Counted from the stretch's first letter, positions 9,016-18,383 are shown. The stretch: DNA of 32,000 nt from Acaryochloris marina S15 (GCF_018336915.1 NZ_CP064927.1:60001-92000); one strand, 5' to 3'. Notes: generated from the letters alone by a model not told the origin. Program-made: numbers and translations.

Positions 9016-9810
9016 TTACTCAAGAGCTTCAATTTCTGTTAAGACCTGATTAATTAATTTAGTTAGCGAAGGAATTTTTTTTAGAAGCACTGCCTTTTTT
9101 GAATCAGAAGGTACATTCATATTGGCTTGTTTCCAATAAAGCAGATCTTTCTCAATCCTCTTTAGTCTCTTGGTTTCAGCAGTTAATACGACATTTGTCG
9201 TATTTTTATTTTGATGATCACTCAAATATCGTTGAATTGTCCTGGTATGTTTACCAATAATCACCTCCAATGCAGGTAATAAAGCCTTTTTCCCTTTTCT
9301 GGGTCTACCTTTACCATGGCTATATCCTGCGTTCTTAAGACGTTCAGCTAGGCTCTTCACTTCTGTAGGAGTATAGTCGCGCCTATGCTCATTTTCAGCT
9401 ACCTCACATTGCAAAGCCTTTTCAGGATCAACATCTGCATCAAAAGGCATCACCCGAACAGGTATCTTATAACTAGGGAACTGCTCCTCGAAATTGTCTT
9501 GCTTGTTCTCACGTAGAAAATTGATGGCAGCTAAGCGATGGCCTCCTGCCAACAATCTATTCTTTGTATCCACTACTAGCGGCTCGATTAATCCCAATAC
9601 TTGAATTGATTCGGATAGAGCTAACACATGTTCTTGATTTAATTCCCGTGTGTCTTCAGTTCGATATTTTATCTGTTCTAAATGAAGTAATGTTTTTGAA
9701 GGACGGTTAGCATCAGACTCATTTGATACGGCTTGATCTATTACTGACATATCATCAGCAACGTTTAGTGCCTGCTTAAAACGTTTAGAGTTAGTTTTTC
9801 GTCTAACCAT
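9016..9810 (-). CDS. parB: ParB/Spo0J-family partition protein
   Basis: ParB N-terminal domain motif LGLIEPLVVDTKNRLLAGGHRLAAINFL, with an HTH-like GKHTRTIQRYLSD further on. ATG at 9810 overlaps the parA stop by 8 nt (ATGGTTAG). The track ORF starts at a TTG at 9831. Confidence 0.85.
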   Translation of the reverse strand: MVRRKTNSKRFKQALNVADDMSVIDQAVSNESDANRPSKTLLHLEQIKYRTEDTRELNQEHVLALSESIQVLGLIEPLVVDTKNRLLAGGHRLAAINFLRENKQDNFEEQFPSYKIPVRVMPFDADVDPEKALQCEVAENEHRRDYTPTEVKSLAERLKNAGYSHGKGRPRKGKKALLPALEVIIGKHTRTIQRYLSDHQNKNTTNVVLTAETKRLKRIEKDLLYWKQANMNVPSDSKKAVLLKKIPSLTKLINQVLTEIEALE

Positions 9811-10525
9811 CAATTCCCCACTTCGCAACAACTTTCAGATCTTTAGCACCACGACATTTGGCATCATATGTCATGAGGGGAATTTGATCTGCTGCTGCCA
9901 GTGATAATTGGGTGTCTTGGCGCACAACAAATCTTTGTATGGTTGGGAATGACTCAGCAAGGTCTGCATCGAAAGTACGATCCATAGCTCGACGCGCATC
10001 AATTTTTGATTGGATAATCGCCCATCTTGATGCCCCTTTTCTACCTTTTTGGTTGTTTAAATTTAGTTCTTTAATTACGCGACTAGCACCAACTAACGCA
10101 AGTGGATGTGCATCAGAAACGATTAATACAGTGTCAGCAGCTTTAATAGCTAAACGCTCTAAGTGCTCATTCCCAGGAGGGCAGTCAAAAACTATCACAT
10201 CATAATCCATATGATTAACAGCATCAGCCAATTCTTCCTGATCGCACGACTGAATACTATGATTCATTAGGTCAGGACCTCCAGGAAGTACTGACAAATT
10301 ATCAACTACATTTAGCGGCTCTGGCTTATTCCCACCGAGAAGAGACGCTGTGCCAGGTTTAGTTGGATCAGCTCCCAAAACATATGCAGCATTTGACTGT
10401 GGATCCATGTCAATGACTAATACTCGACTTTGAAGGCTAGCTAAGATTGAAGCAACGCCACAGGCAATTGTGGTTTTGCCAACACCTCCCTTACGGCCAG
10501 CAACAGCAATACGACTAACAGTCAT
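9803..10525 (-). CDS. parA: ParA-family partition ATPase
   Basis: Deviant Walker A IAVAGRKGGVGKTTIA, then VLVIDMDPQSNA and VIVFDCPPG. Length is 240 aa, and it lies immediately upstream of parB and is translationally coupled to it. Confidence 0.9.
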   Translation of the reverse strand: MTVSRIAVAGRKGGVGKTTIACGVASILASLQSRVLVIDMDPQSNAAYVLGADPTKPGTASLLGGNKPEPLNVVDNLSVLPGGPDLMNHSIQSCDQEELADAVNHMDYDVIVFDCPPGNEHLERLAIKAADTVLIVSDAHPLALVGASRVIKELNLNNQKGRKGASRWAIIQSKIDARRAMDRTFDADLAESFPTIQRFVVRQDTQLSLAAADQIPLMTYDAKCRGAKDLKVVAKWGIDG

Positions 10526-10849
10526 AATTTAAATTGAGGATTACGAGTATTTTCTAGTCAATCATAAGGTAGGACTCAGGTTTTTTTACACCATTATTAG
10601 CGATACCAACAGGGGTAAGATGATCATCTACACTAGAACTTCCCTTGATCTGATTCTCCAACTGTACTATCAAGTCTTACGACCAGGCTTGAGAAGTACT
10701 TCAGATCCCTTAGAGTGCTGGCTTCTCCAGTGTTCCGACCTTCACATCTTATGCTCAATCGCAGAGGTCATTTTTCCAGAAGACTAAGACCCTGCAACTC
10801 GACACTGACAGGGATATTGATTATTCGCTGGCGGTTTTGGGCATACTCT

Positions 10850-11182
10850 CTAACCCCCTGGCACCAATTTACTACTGGCTAAACGATTTAGACTGATACC
10901 TTGTTCTGCCGCCTGAATTGCCAATTGCCGATGTTGCTCAGGGGGAATTCTCACCATGAATTTACCGCTGTACTGCTTCTTAGATAGAGGCATGGGGATG
11001 GGTTCATTTTGTGACTCTAAATCATCAATACAATTTTTGACCAATTCCACAATGCCAGTGAAAGCAGATTGCTGATCTTCATCTAGCCAGCTCAAGCTTG
11101 GAAATTCAGCGCACAAGCCCACAAATTCCTCATCTTCTTCAGACCAGATCACCCGGTAGGTATAGAACTTTGCTTCCATCAC
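10850..11182 (-). CDS. hicB: HicB-family antitoxin
   Basis: YTYRVIWSEEDEEFVGLCAEFPSLSWLDEDQQSAFTGIVELV (HicB RNase-H-like fold) plus a C-terminal RHH-like IPPEQHRQLAIQAAEQGISLNRLASSKL. The start overlaps the hicA stop by 4 nt (ATGA). Confidence 0.85.
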   Translation of the reverse strand: MMEAKFYTYRVIWSEEDEEFVGLCAEFPSLSWLDEDQQSAFTGIVELVKNCIDDLESQNEPIPMPLSKKQYSGKFMVRIPPEQHRQLAIQAAEQGISLNRLASSKLVPGG

Positions 11183-11424
11183 ATTGACTCCAGCTTTTGA
11201 ATCGCAGCTAACACTTGTTTCACTTGATAGGGTTTGCCCATTCCCTTCTTAGATTGAACATTAACGAAGGGGTCACCTTGCCAGGGCGTCTTGTAGACTC
11301 GATGGCTTCCAGAAGTCTGCCGTGCTTCACCGAAATAGTGACTGCAAACCTTGCACAAATCGGAGAACTTAATCCCAGCAGGGTTATTTCCCATTTTGGC
11401 AACAATTTTGTCGACACTCGCCAT
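11179..11424 (-). CDS. hicA: HicA-family mRNA-interferase toxin
   Basis: 81 aa with IKFSDLCKVCSHYFGEARQTSGSHRVYKTPWQGDPFVNVQSKKGMGKPYQVKQVLAAI, including the GSH catalytic-histidine motif of HicA/YcfA. Confidence 0.85.
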   Translation of the reverse strand: MASVDKIVAKMGNNPAGIKFSDLCKVCSHYFGEARQTSGSHRVYKTPWQGDPFVNVQSKKGMGKPYQVKQVLAAIQKLESM

Positions 11425-11431
11425 GTAGTTG

Positions 11432-11453
11432 ATAGTATCAATAATGATACTAT
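11432..11453. promoter_or_regulatory. candidate hicAB operator palindrome
   Basis: Perfect 9-bp inverted repeat ATAGTATCA-ATAA-TGATACTAT, located 8-29 nt upstream of the hicA ATG in an AT-rich promoter-like stretch. Confidence 0.4.
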
Positions 11454-11708
11454 TGTAAAATACTCCTCTGATAATATCAACTGCTCGTTAGAGTTTCGCT
11501 GGAGTCATAATAATTGGCTCAAACAACGAATTTGCGTGTGTGTTTAAGGAGATGACCAAGGGTATGAGCATCATGGACACTACATGCTACGGAACACAGT
11601 TGTGAAAAGGGGTTGAGCAAGTTACCCCACAAAACCTGAAAGAACGAGGGATATAGCCGGAGATATTTGTTTCGCAGACTCTTAACGATGCAGCGTCAAT
11701 GTGGCTCC

Positions 11709-12359
11709 TTATTTAGTAAAAGGTTGTCGAGCAAGAATAAATAAACTGCCATTTCCCCCTCTACCCAGCCTCAAATCCTGGTCGAGGTAGGTGATATCCA
11801 GGCTGGGGATTCTTCCCTCTGGGGAACTAGCTGACATGACTTTAAAAGGTTCTAGGCCAGGTGTTCTCACCCCCAGCAAGTTATGAATATTGAGATGACG
11901 TTTCAGAAATTGGATCTGAATACCCCGATTTCGAAGAGTCTCACTCTCTGGTGCCTTAGGTTCAAACGTTGCTGTTATCCTTACATATCCAGTCATCAGA
12001 CCGAATCGATGATGCACATACGCTTTATTCTCAAATGACTGGCTAGGGATATCGATCACTTGGAAAACTTTACCTACCACTAACCCTAATGGCAACGACG
12101 ATAAAGAACGAATTTCTTGTGCATCAGAATAGAGAAGCAGCCATGAGCCATTAAGTACTTTTATGGCCTCTTGATCTGACAGAGGATATGGATAGGGGGA
12201 ATGAGATTCTAATGATCGAGCAAGGGAGTTGAGCAGTTGGACTTGCTGTTGTCCAACATCGAGATCAGTAATCGGTGCATCCTTTACATGGGTATGCTTT
12301 GACTGTAGTTTCTGGACAGCCATGGTTAAATCTTGCTTAAGAGAGGTTCGATTATCCAA
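11709..12359 (-). CDS. PAP/fibrillin-family protein
   Basis: LNGSWLLLYSDAQE..., GKVFQVID...FENKA and the C-terminal ITYLDQDLRLGRGGNGSLFILAR match the plastid-lipid-associated protein/fibrillin signature. TTG at 12359; first ATG at 12323. Confidence 0.8.
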   Translation of the reverse strand: MDNRTSLKQDLTMAVQKLQSKHTHVKDAPITDLDVGQQQVQLLNSLARSLESHSPYPYPLSDQEAIKVLNGSWLLLYSDAQEIRSLSSLPLGLVVGKVFQVIDIPSQSFENKAYVHHRFGLMTGYVRITATFEPKAPESETLRNRGIQIQFLKRHLNIHNLLGVRTPGLEPFKVMSASSPEGRIPSLDITYLDQDLRLGRGGNGSLFILARQPFTK

Positions 12360-12407
12360 TACTCAACTCCTAGGGAAAAGGCTGCTGATCAAAAACAAGG
12401 TTGCTTC

Positions 12408-13082
12408 TCAATAATTACAGCTAACTTGGCCATCTGGAATAAGACCTATTTGGATCGACTGACCATAAAAATCTCCTTTCTGCTCAATCTTAAATCCACC
12501 CAATAGCAGCCCAAGCCAAACCGCTACCAAAGGTAATCGAACTCCCCTCACCAGCTCTACAAACGACACCGCCCCCTTAGCCCCTTCCAAATACTCACAA
12601 ATCGCGCCCACCCAGGCCCCAACATCCTCGACATGGCTTACTTTCAGGGCAACCGCTTCCCCAGACTCCAGCTCATCGACAAACTCTAGAACCGCATCCT
12701 TACTAACTTCCCCCACAACAGACTCAACAGGAACCCCCGTGAACCCCTGACGACTCTTCCGTGACTTCGGCTGACGACACAGATCCGAGACATCCAGAAA
12801 CATAGTCTGCTGAATCATCCCAGCTAAGAAATCCTCATCCAACACAGGACCTTCTGAGTTGTATCTGTCTTCCCAACCCTGGATCATTAGCTCTGCCCGC
12901 TGAAAACAGACCTCAGCCATATCCTTGATCGCATCCCCAGCCACTCGGAGCTGTTCGTGGGGAGAACGACCCTGTAGATGCTGCTCCAGTGAGGCACACA
13001 TCAGGGAAATATCAGCTTGCTCAGGTTCGTCTAAAGCAGAGGCCAAAGCACTGGCAAAATCTAGCTCAAGCTGAGTGAACAT
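12408..13082 (-). CDS. hypothetical protein (acidic, hydrophobic C-terminal segment)
   Basis: Long ORF with no recognisable motif. I prefer ATG 13082 (MFTQLELDF) because the longest form (13166) overlaps the upstream gene by 100 nt. The segment LPLVAVWLGLLLGGF could be a membrane helix. Confidence 0.55.
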   Translation of the reverse strand: MFTQLELDFASALASALDEPEQADISLMCASLEQHLQGRSPHEQLRVAGDAIKDMAEVCFQRAELMIQGWEDRYNSEGPVLDEDFLAGMIQQTMFLDVSDLCRQPKSRKSRQGFTGVPVESVVGEVSKDAVLEFVDELESGEAVALKVSHVEDVGAWVGAICEYLEGAKGAVSFVELVRGVRLPLVAVWLGLLLGGFKIEQKGDFYGQSIQIGLIPDGQVSCNY

Positions 13083-13593
13083 AGCGCTTATCCTTGAGTG
13101 GACATTCCGCAATTTCGCACTCAGAAGGTTCCATGCGAATCGGGGGTTCAAACTCCGTGATGCCATACCGATCGCCTAGGACCTTCAGTACCTCCTTCAA
13201 ATACCGATTCACTTGGGTATTGGTCATTCCCATACAGTGGACAGCTTCAATTTCCGCTAACTTATCACTCCCCTGCCAGACAGTGATAGCCAGGGCATGG
13301 AGGTGAGCATCCTTGGGCTTTTCTTTGTAGAGGTAAAGCAACGCCACGGGTGGAGCTTGGACGGGAATCGAGAAGGTTTCCGTGGTTTTTGCTGGCGCTG
13401 CTTTTGCTTTCTGGTCAGCGTATTCTCCTCGGCGCTTGGCATTGCTTTCTTTGCGGTGGCGGTAGTGATTTCGTTTGCGATCGCAGGCATTATCCGTCCA
13501 GCACCCATCCCCTTGCGGCCCATGAACCCGCTTTGCTTCCATCCGGGAATAGTCGATGCATTGGAGGCAGATGGGGTTTGGAGGTAGTGGCAT
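13066..13593 (-). CDS. hypothetical Cys-rich / basic protein
   Basis: 175-aa ORF starting at ATG 13593. It has an N-terminal CLQC...C...C cluster followed by a Lys/Arg-rich stretch. It is the first gene of a minus-strand three-gene string (13593->11709). No family was recognised. Confidence 0.55.
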   Translation of the reverse strand: MPLPPNPICLQCIDYSRMEAKRVHGPQGDGCWTDNACDRKRNHYRHRKESNAKRRGEYADQKAKAAPAKTTETFSIPVQAPPVALLYLYKEKPKDAHLHALAITVWQGSDKLAEIEAVHCMGMTNTQVNRYLKEVLKVLGDRYGITEFEPPIRMEPSECEIAECPLKDKRYVHSA

Positions 13594-13906
13594 GGTTCGT
13601 TCTTTTGGATCAATACCCTTGAATAGATCATCAAAATCGAGGGGCTGACAGGACTAAATCAAACTAGTAAGCCATTAAAAAGCACTTAAAAAAGCAATTA
13701 TTTCCATCCCCACCAACGCCCTAGATTCAAGAAATATCCTTAATAAATGCGTAAAGCATATCAAAAGTGCCGATAATTTTAGATGTAATTAAATTAAATT
13801 TCAAAATAGCGCTCCGTCATCATTAGCAATCTATCGCAGACCGTCAGTTCTAAACGCTCAACCCAATAGAAAAAAGACAACAAAATATCCCTTAGATTAA
13901 CGCTGA

Positions 13907-16900
13907 ATGACGAGTCCGAGCCCAGAACAGCAAACCATTCTATTCCTTGCCAGCAACCCAGATGGATTGCGTCAACTCGGACGAGAATTACGTGACATTA
14001 AAAACGGGTTACGCAGATCTGAGCATCGAGATCAGTTCACTCTATGTCCCTGCCTGGATGTGCGTACTATAGATATTCAACGGGCATTACTGGATGAAAC
14101 TCCTCAGATTATTCACTTTGCTGGCAGTGGCAAAGGAGAAGCAGGACTCGTCTTTGAAGATCAAGCGGGCAATCCCAAACTCGTCACGGGTGCAGCCCTA
14201 GCAGGGCTCTTTGAATTGTTTGCTGAGTACATCCACTGCGTCATTCTGAATGGATGCTATTCCCAGGTGCAAGCTCAAGCCATCGCTCAACATATTGATT
14301 ATGTAGTAGGCATGCAGCAGGCCATTAGCAACGAAGCGGCCCTGGCCTTTGCCGTTGGGTTCTACGATGCCTTGGGTGCAGGCCGAGACATTGAATTTGC
14401 CTTTAAGTTGGGATGCAGTGCCATTCAAATCGAGGGCTTACCCGAATCTCTCACCCCAGTGTTGGTCCAAAAATCTAGCCTTCAATCCGCACCCCTCCAA
14501 CCCTTACCCGAACAGCAGACCCATGAAAAACTCTGGAAAGTGCCAGAGTTACCCCCTCACTTTTTACCTCGTCCTCAGACCCTAAAGGCCCTAAGAGAGA
14601 AGGTCCTTACGGATCTAGCCCAGCCTGTAGTCATGACCGGGCAACGCATCGGTGTTCAGGGTATGGGGGGCATTGGCAAGTCGGTGTTGGCCACAGCCCT
14701 AGCTCGTGACCCTCAAGTTCAATCGGCATTCCCTGACGGTATTTATTGGCTAACCGTGGGGATAGAACCCAACCTACTGGCTCAGCAAATCGATCTAGCA
14801 GCAGCCCTCTGTGGTGAACGCCAGGTATTTGAAGATATCAATGAAGGAAAAACCCGACTCCAAACCCTATGGCAAGGACGCCAAAGTCTATTGATTCTAG
14901 ATGATGTCTGGCGCATCGCGGATGCAGAAGTCTTCAATGTCCTGGGACATCACAGTACCTTGGTAGTGACGACCCGTGACTCAGAATTAATCACAGGATT
15001 AGGGGCCACTGACTTTTCCCTTTCGGTACTCCATGAGGATCAGGCGCTGGAGTTATTAGCCGCCTGGGTGGGCGTCCCCATCTCAGATCTACCCTCCCAA
15101 GCCCAGACAGTAGCAAGAGAATGTGGCAACTTGCCCTTAGCCCTGGCCCAATGTGGCGCAATGGTGCGAGATTTGACCCCTTGGCCCCATGTTCTCAGCG
15201 CCTTACAAGATTCAGATCTTGAATTTATCCAAAAACAGTTTAGTCATTATTCCTACCCCGATGTCTTCAAAGCCCTGCATGTCAGTGCAACGGTCTTAGC
15301 AGCAACCAACCCCATCGCTGCCGAGCGCTATCAAGAACTGGCAGTATTTCCAGCCGATGAATTGATTCCTGAAGCAGTTATTGTTCGCCTATGGCAATAT
15401 ACCGGCGCATTAAAGGAGCGAGATGCGGGCAAAATCCTGACCACCTTATCGAGGAAAGGCATGCTGCGGCTAGAGGGGGACTATCCCCAGCGGCAAGTCA
15501 GCCTCCATGACTTACAGCAGGATTATTTACAAGCCCAGCAAGCCGACCAGAAGGTATTGCATCAGCAACTTCTGGAGGCTTATCACCAGAGCTGTTCAGA
15601 GGGATGGCATTGTGGACCGAAGGACGGGTATTTCTTTGAGCATTTGGCCCATCACCTCCAGCAGGCAGAACGCACCGATGAGTTATGGCAATTACTCTGG
15701 GACTATCGTTGGATTCACCACAAATTGGGCGTCACCGATATCAATGCCCTGCTATTGGACTATGAAACCTTACCCAAGGACAAAGACCTCAACATTGTCC
15801 ACAGTGGGTTGCGGTTATCTAGCCATGTCTTAAATCAGTATCCTGAGCAGCTTCCCAGTCAGCTCTATGGGCGTTTGATGAGTCAAGACTTACCCCATGT
15901 GACCGCTTTGACTCAATCTTTAGCTCAGGGACCGGGAGAGTGCTGGATAAGGTGTCTATTCCCCCATCTCAACCAAGCGGGGGGAGCATTAGTGCGCACC
16001 CTCACCGGACATACTTCCCATGTCACTGGCGTCAGCATCAGCCCCGATGGCCAAACCGTAGTCTCCGCGTCTGGGGACAATACCCTGAAGGTGTGGGACC
16101 TGGAGACGGGCCAGGAGCAGCGCACCCTCACCGGACATACTTCCCATGTCACTGGCGTCAGCATCAGCCCCGATGGCCAAACCGTAGTCTCCGCGTCTAG
16201 TGACCATACCCTGAAGGTGTGGGACCTGGAGACGGGCCAGGAGCAGCGCACCCTCACCGGACATACTAACTTTGTCAATGGCGTCAGCATCAGCCCCGAT
16301 GGCCAAACCGTAGTCTCCGCGTCTAGTGACCATACCCTGAAGGTGTGGGACCTGGAGACGGGCCAGGAGCAGCGCACCCTCACCGGACATACTTTCGCTG
16401 TCGAGGGCGTGAGCATCAGCCCCGATGGCCAAACCCTTGTCTCCGCGTCTAGGGACAAGACCCTGAAGGTGTGGGACCTGGAGACGGGCCAGGAGCAGCG
16501 CACCCTCACCGGACATACTGCCTCTGTCTTTGGCGTCAGCATCAGCCCCGATGGCCAAACCCTTGTCTCCGCGTCTAGTGACCATACCCTGAAGGTGTGG
16601 AACCTGGAGACAGGTCAGGAGCAGTGCACCCTCACCGGACATACTTCCTTTGTCAATGGCGTCAGCATCAGCCCCGATGGCCAAACCCTTGTCTCCGCGT
16701 CTTGGGACAAGACCCTGAAGGTGTGGGACCTGGAGACGGGCCAGGAGCGGCGCACCCTCACTGGACATACTGACTTTGTCGAGGGCGTGAGCATCAGCCC
16801 CGATGGCCAAACCCTTGTCTCCGCGTCTTGGGACAAGACCCTGAAGGTGTGGGACCTGGAGACGGGCCAGGAGCAGCGCACCCTCACCGGACATACTTCC

Positions 16901-17149
16901 ACTGTCAATGGCGTGAGCATCAGCCCCGATGGCCAAACCGTAGTCTCCGCGTCTAATGACAATACCCTGAAGGTGTGGGACCTGGAGATGGGCATGGAAG
17001 TGATGAGCTTCACGGGAGAAGGCGCGTTTCGATGTTGTGAGATTGCCCTAGATGGTCGCACCGTCATTGCTGGAGATTTTGGGGGGCAGCTTTACTTTCT
17101 GCAGCTAGAAGGCCCCAGCTTTTCAGACGGCGGGGAGGTCATCTCATGA
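13907..17149 (+). CDS. STAND NTPase: CHAT-like (caspase-fold) N-domain + NB-ARC + WD40 propeller
   Basis: aa 8-185 have a caspase/CHAT-like layout (ILFLASNP ... IIHFAGSGKG ... CVILNGCYS ... AFAVGFYDALGAG). NB-ARC motifs are GVQGMGGIGKSVLA (P-loop), LLILDDVW, LVVTTRD, CGNLPLAL and SLHDLQQDY. These are followed by 8 near-identical and 1 degenerate WD40 units (GHT..V.GVSISPDGQT.VSAS.D.TLKVWDLETGQE). Confidence 0.9.
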   Translation: MTSPSPEQQTILFLASNPDGLRQLGRELRDIKNGLRRSEHRDQFTLCPCLDVRTIDIQRALLDETPQIIHFAGSGKGEAGLVFEDQAGNPKLVTGAALAGLFELFAEYIHCVILNGCYSQVQAQAIAQHIDYVVGMQQAISNEAALAFAVGFYDALGAGRDIEFAFKLGCSAIQIEGLPESLTPVLVQKSSLQSAPLQPLPEQQTHEKLWKVPELPPHFLPRPQTLKALREKVLTDLAQPVVMTGQRIGVQGMGGIGKSVLATALARDPQVQSAFPDGIYWLTVGIEPNLLAQQIDLAAALCGERQVFEDINEGKTRLQTLWQGRQSLLILDDVWRIADAEVFNVLGHHSTLVVTTRDSELITGLGATDFSLSVLHEDQALELLAAWVGVPISDLPSQAQTVARECGNLPLALAQCGAMVRDLTPWPHVLSALQDSDLEFIQKQFSHYSYPDVFKALHVSATVLAATNPIAAERYQELAVFPADELIPEAVIVRLWQYTGALKERDAGKILTTLSRKGMLRLEGDYPQRQVSLHDLQQDYLQAQQADQKVLHQQLLEAYHQSCSEGWHCGPKDGYFFEHLAHHLQQAERTDELWQLLWDYRWIHHKLGVTDINALLLDYETLPKDKDLNIVHSGLRLSSHVLNQYPEQLPSQLYGRLMSQDLPHVTALTQSLAQGPGECWIRCLFPHLNQAGGALVRTLTGHTSHVTGVSISPDGQTVVSASGDNTLKVWDLETGQEQRTLTGHTSHVTGVSISPDGQTVVSASSDHTLKVWDLETGQEQRTLTGHTNFVNGVSISPDGQTVVSASSDHTLKVWDLETGQEQRTLTGHTFAVEGVSISPDGQTLVSASRDKTLKVWDLETGQEQRTLTGHTASVFGVSISPDGQTLVSASSDHTLKVWNLETGQEQCTLTGHTSFVNGVSISPDGQTLVSASWDKTLKVWDLETGQERRTLTGHTDFVEGVSISPDGQTLVSASWDKTLKVWDLETGQEQRTLTGHTSTVNGVSISPDGQTVVSASNDNTLKVWDLEMGMEVMSFTGEGAFRCCEIALDGRTVIAGDFGGQLYFLQLEGPSFSDGGEVIS
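15995..17002 (+). repeat. 8 x 126-bp near-identical tandem coding repeat (WD40 units); a degenerate 9th unit follows to ~17110
   Basis: CGCACCCTCACCGGACATACT recurs at 15995, 16121, 16247, 16373, 16499, 16625, 16751 and 16877, an exact 126-bp period. Confidence 0.95.
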
Positions 17150-17285
17150 CTTAAATCGTTCTAATATCCCTCCAATTCCTGCCTTAACGTTCGGGGTGTT
17201 CTTTCACAACCGAAGGCTATCGATGTCGCATTTCAATACTTGAACGTTCCACTATCTTTTGCCCGAATTTATCTGCCCTACCCTC

Positions 17286-18383
17286 ATGACTGCCCAAACC
17301 ATTCTCTTTCTCGCTGCAAATCCTAAAGATACTCAGCCTCTTCGATTGGATCAGGAGTTAAGGGATATTGGTGAGGGTTTACAGCGGGCTCAACATCGAG
17401 ATGAGTTTAAGCTTGAACAGCGACTGGCGGTTCGCCCCCATGATATTCAGCGGGCCATGCTAGATCTGAATCCCCAGATCGTTCATTTCTCAGGCCATGG
17501 GAATGGGGATGAGGGCTTGGCCTTTGAGGATGTCAGTGGCAACACCCAGTTGGTCAGTGGTGAGGCGATTGCAGACCTGTTTAACCTGTTTGCCGATCAA
17601 CTGCGCTGCGTAGTCCTCAATGGCTGCTATACCGAGGTGCAAGCAAAGGCCATCTCAGAACATATTCCCTATGTGATCGGGATGAAACGGGCGATTGGGG
17701 ATAAAGCGGCGATCTCCTTTGCCGTGGGATTCTATGATGCCCTGGGGTCAGGACGAGATGTGGAGTTTGCCTTCAAGTTGGGCTGCACCGCCATTCGTAT
17801 GGAAGGCATTGAAGAACATCTCACTCCCGTTCTGATTAAAAAGCCCATTACAGAGGAAACTAAGGATCAGGATCAACCCAAGGCTCAAGCTCGTCCAACA
17901 CCTACGCCTTCTCCCATGACTCCAAACGCCGATGCCCCCTTAGAGGTCTTTATTTCCTATTCCCATAAAGACGATGATTTGCGAGAAGAGTTAGACATCC
18001 ATCTCTCCAATCTGAAACGACAGGGGAAAATTGCTGCTTGGCATGATCGGGCGATTGAAGCAGGGGAAGAATGGGAAACCCAAATCAAAGGCCATCTGGA
18101 GTCCGCTCAAATCATTCTGCTACTGGTCAGCCCACCCTTTATGGCCTCTAACTATTGCTATGACATTGAGATGCAACGAGCGATAGACCGCCATAACGAA
18201 GGCACAGCCCGAGTCATCCCTATTATTCTGCGTCCCTGTGACTGGAAAGGGTCACCCTTCAGTAAGCTTCAGGTACTCCCTAAAGATGCCAAGCCCGTGA
18301 CGAAATGGGCTGATCGCGATGAGGCATTTTTGGATGTCGTCAACGGGATACGGAGGGCGGTAGAGACCCCACTAAAAAAGTAG
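17286..18383 (+). CDS. CHAT-like (caspase-fold) N-domain + TIR domain protein
   Basis: ATG 17286 (MTAQTILFLAANPKD) parallels the start of the upstream protein; the track ORF starts at TTG 17259. The N-domain has QIVHFSGHGNG ... CVVLNGCYT. A P/T-rich linker follows. The TIR has LEVFISYSHKDDDLREEL...AAWHDRAIEAGEEW...IILLLVSPPFMASNYCYDIEMQRA. The stop TAG at 18381 comes directly after A_AAA_AAG. Confidence 0.85.
   Translation: MTAQTILFLAANPKDTQPLRLDQELRDIGEGLQRAQHRDEFKLEQRLAVRPHDIQRAMLDLNPQIVHFSGHGNGDEGLAFEDVSGNTQLVSGEAIADLFNLFADQLRCVVLNGCYTEVQAKAISEHIPYVIGMKRAIGDKAAISFAVGFYDALGSGRDVEFAFKLGCTAIRMEGIEEHLTPVLIKKPITEETKDQDQPKAQARPTPTPSPMTPNADAPLEVFISYSHKDDDLREELDIHLSNLKRQGKIAAWHDRAIEAGEEWETQIKGHLESAQIILLLVSPPFMASNYCYDIEMQRAIDRHNEGTARVIPIILRPCDWKGSPFSKLQVLPKDAKPVTKWADRDEAFLDVVNGIRRAVETPLKK

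Noticed and set aside
8752-9049. Remainder of the 153-aa ORF 8581-9042 and overlapping ORFs 8831-9049 (+), 8548-8805 (-), 8738-8920 (-)
   Set aside because: These are low-information, Pro/Ser/Arg-rich translations in all frames. They span a HIP1 palindrome, mutually overlap, and have no motif. They are treated as non-coding or decayed sequence.
13094-13634. Overlapping ORFs (13094-13306 +, 13297-13587 +, 13350-13622 +, 13257-13634 -) on top of the 175-aa gene
   Set aside because: These are shadow frames of 13066-13593. Only that frame has an ATG at the operon head and tight coupling to the downstream gene.
13594-13906. AT-rich 313-bp divergent intergenic region upstream of the STAND gene, inspected for iterons or an origin
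   Set aside because: Only weak, short partial repeats were seen (AAATATCC / CTAGATT motifs twice). This is insufficient to call iterons or a replication origin.
15925-17067. Antisense and alternative-frame ORFs (205, 315, 150, 86 aa) in the WD40 array
   Set aside because: Same artefact: every one is a 42-codon periodic read of the 126-bp repeat. The sense frame carries the canonical WD40 signature.
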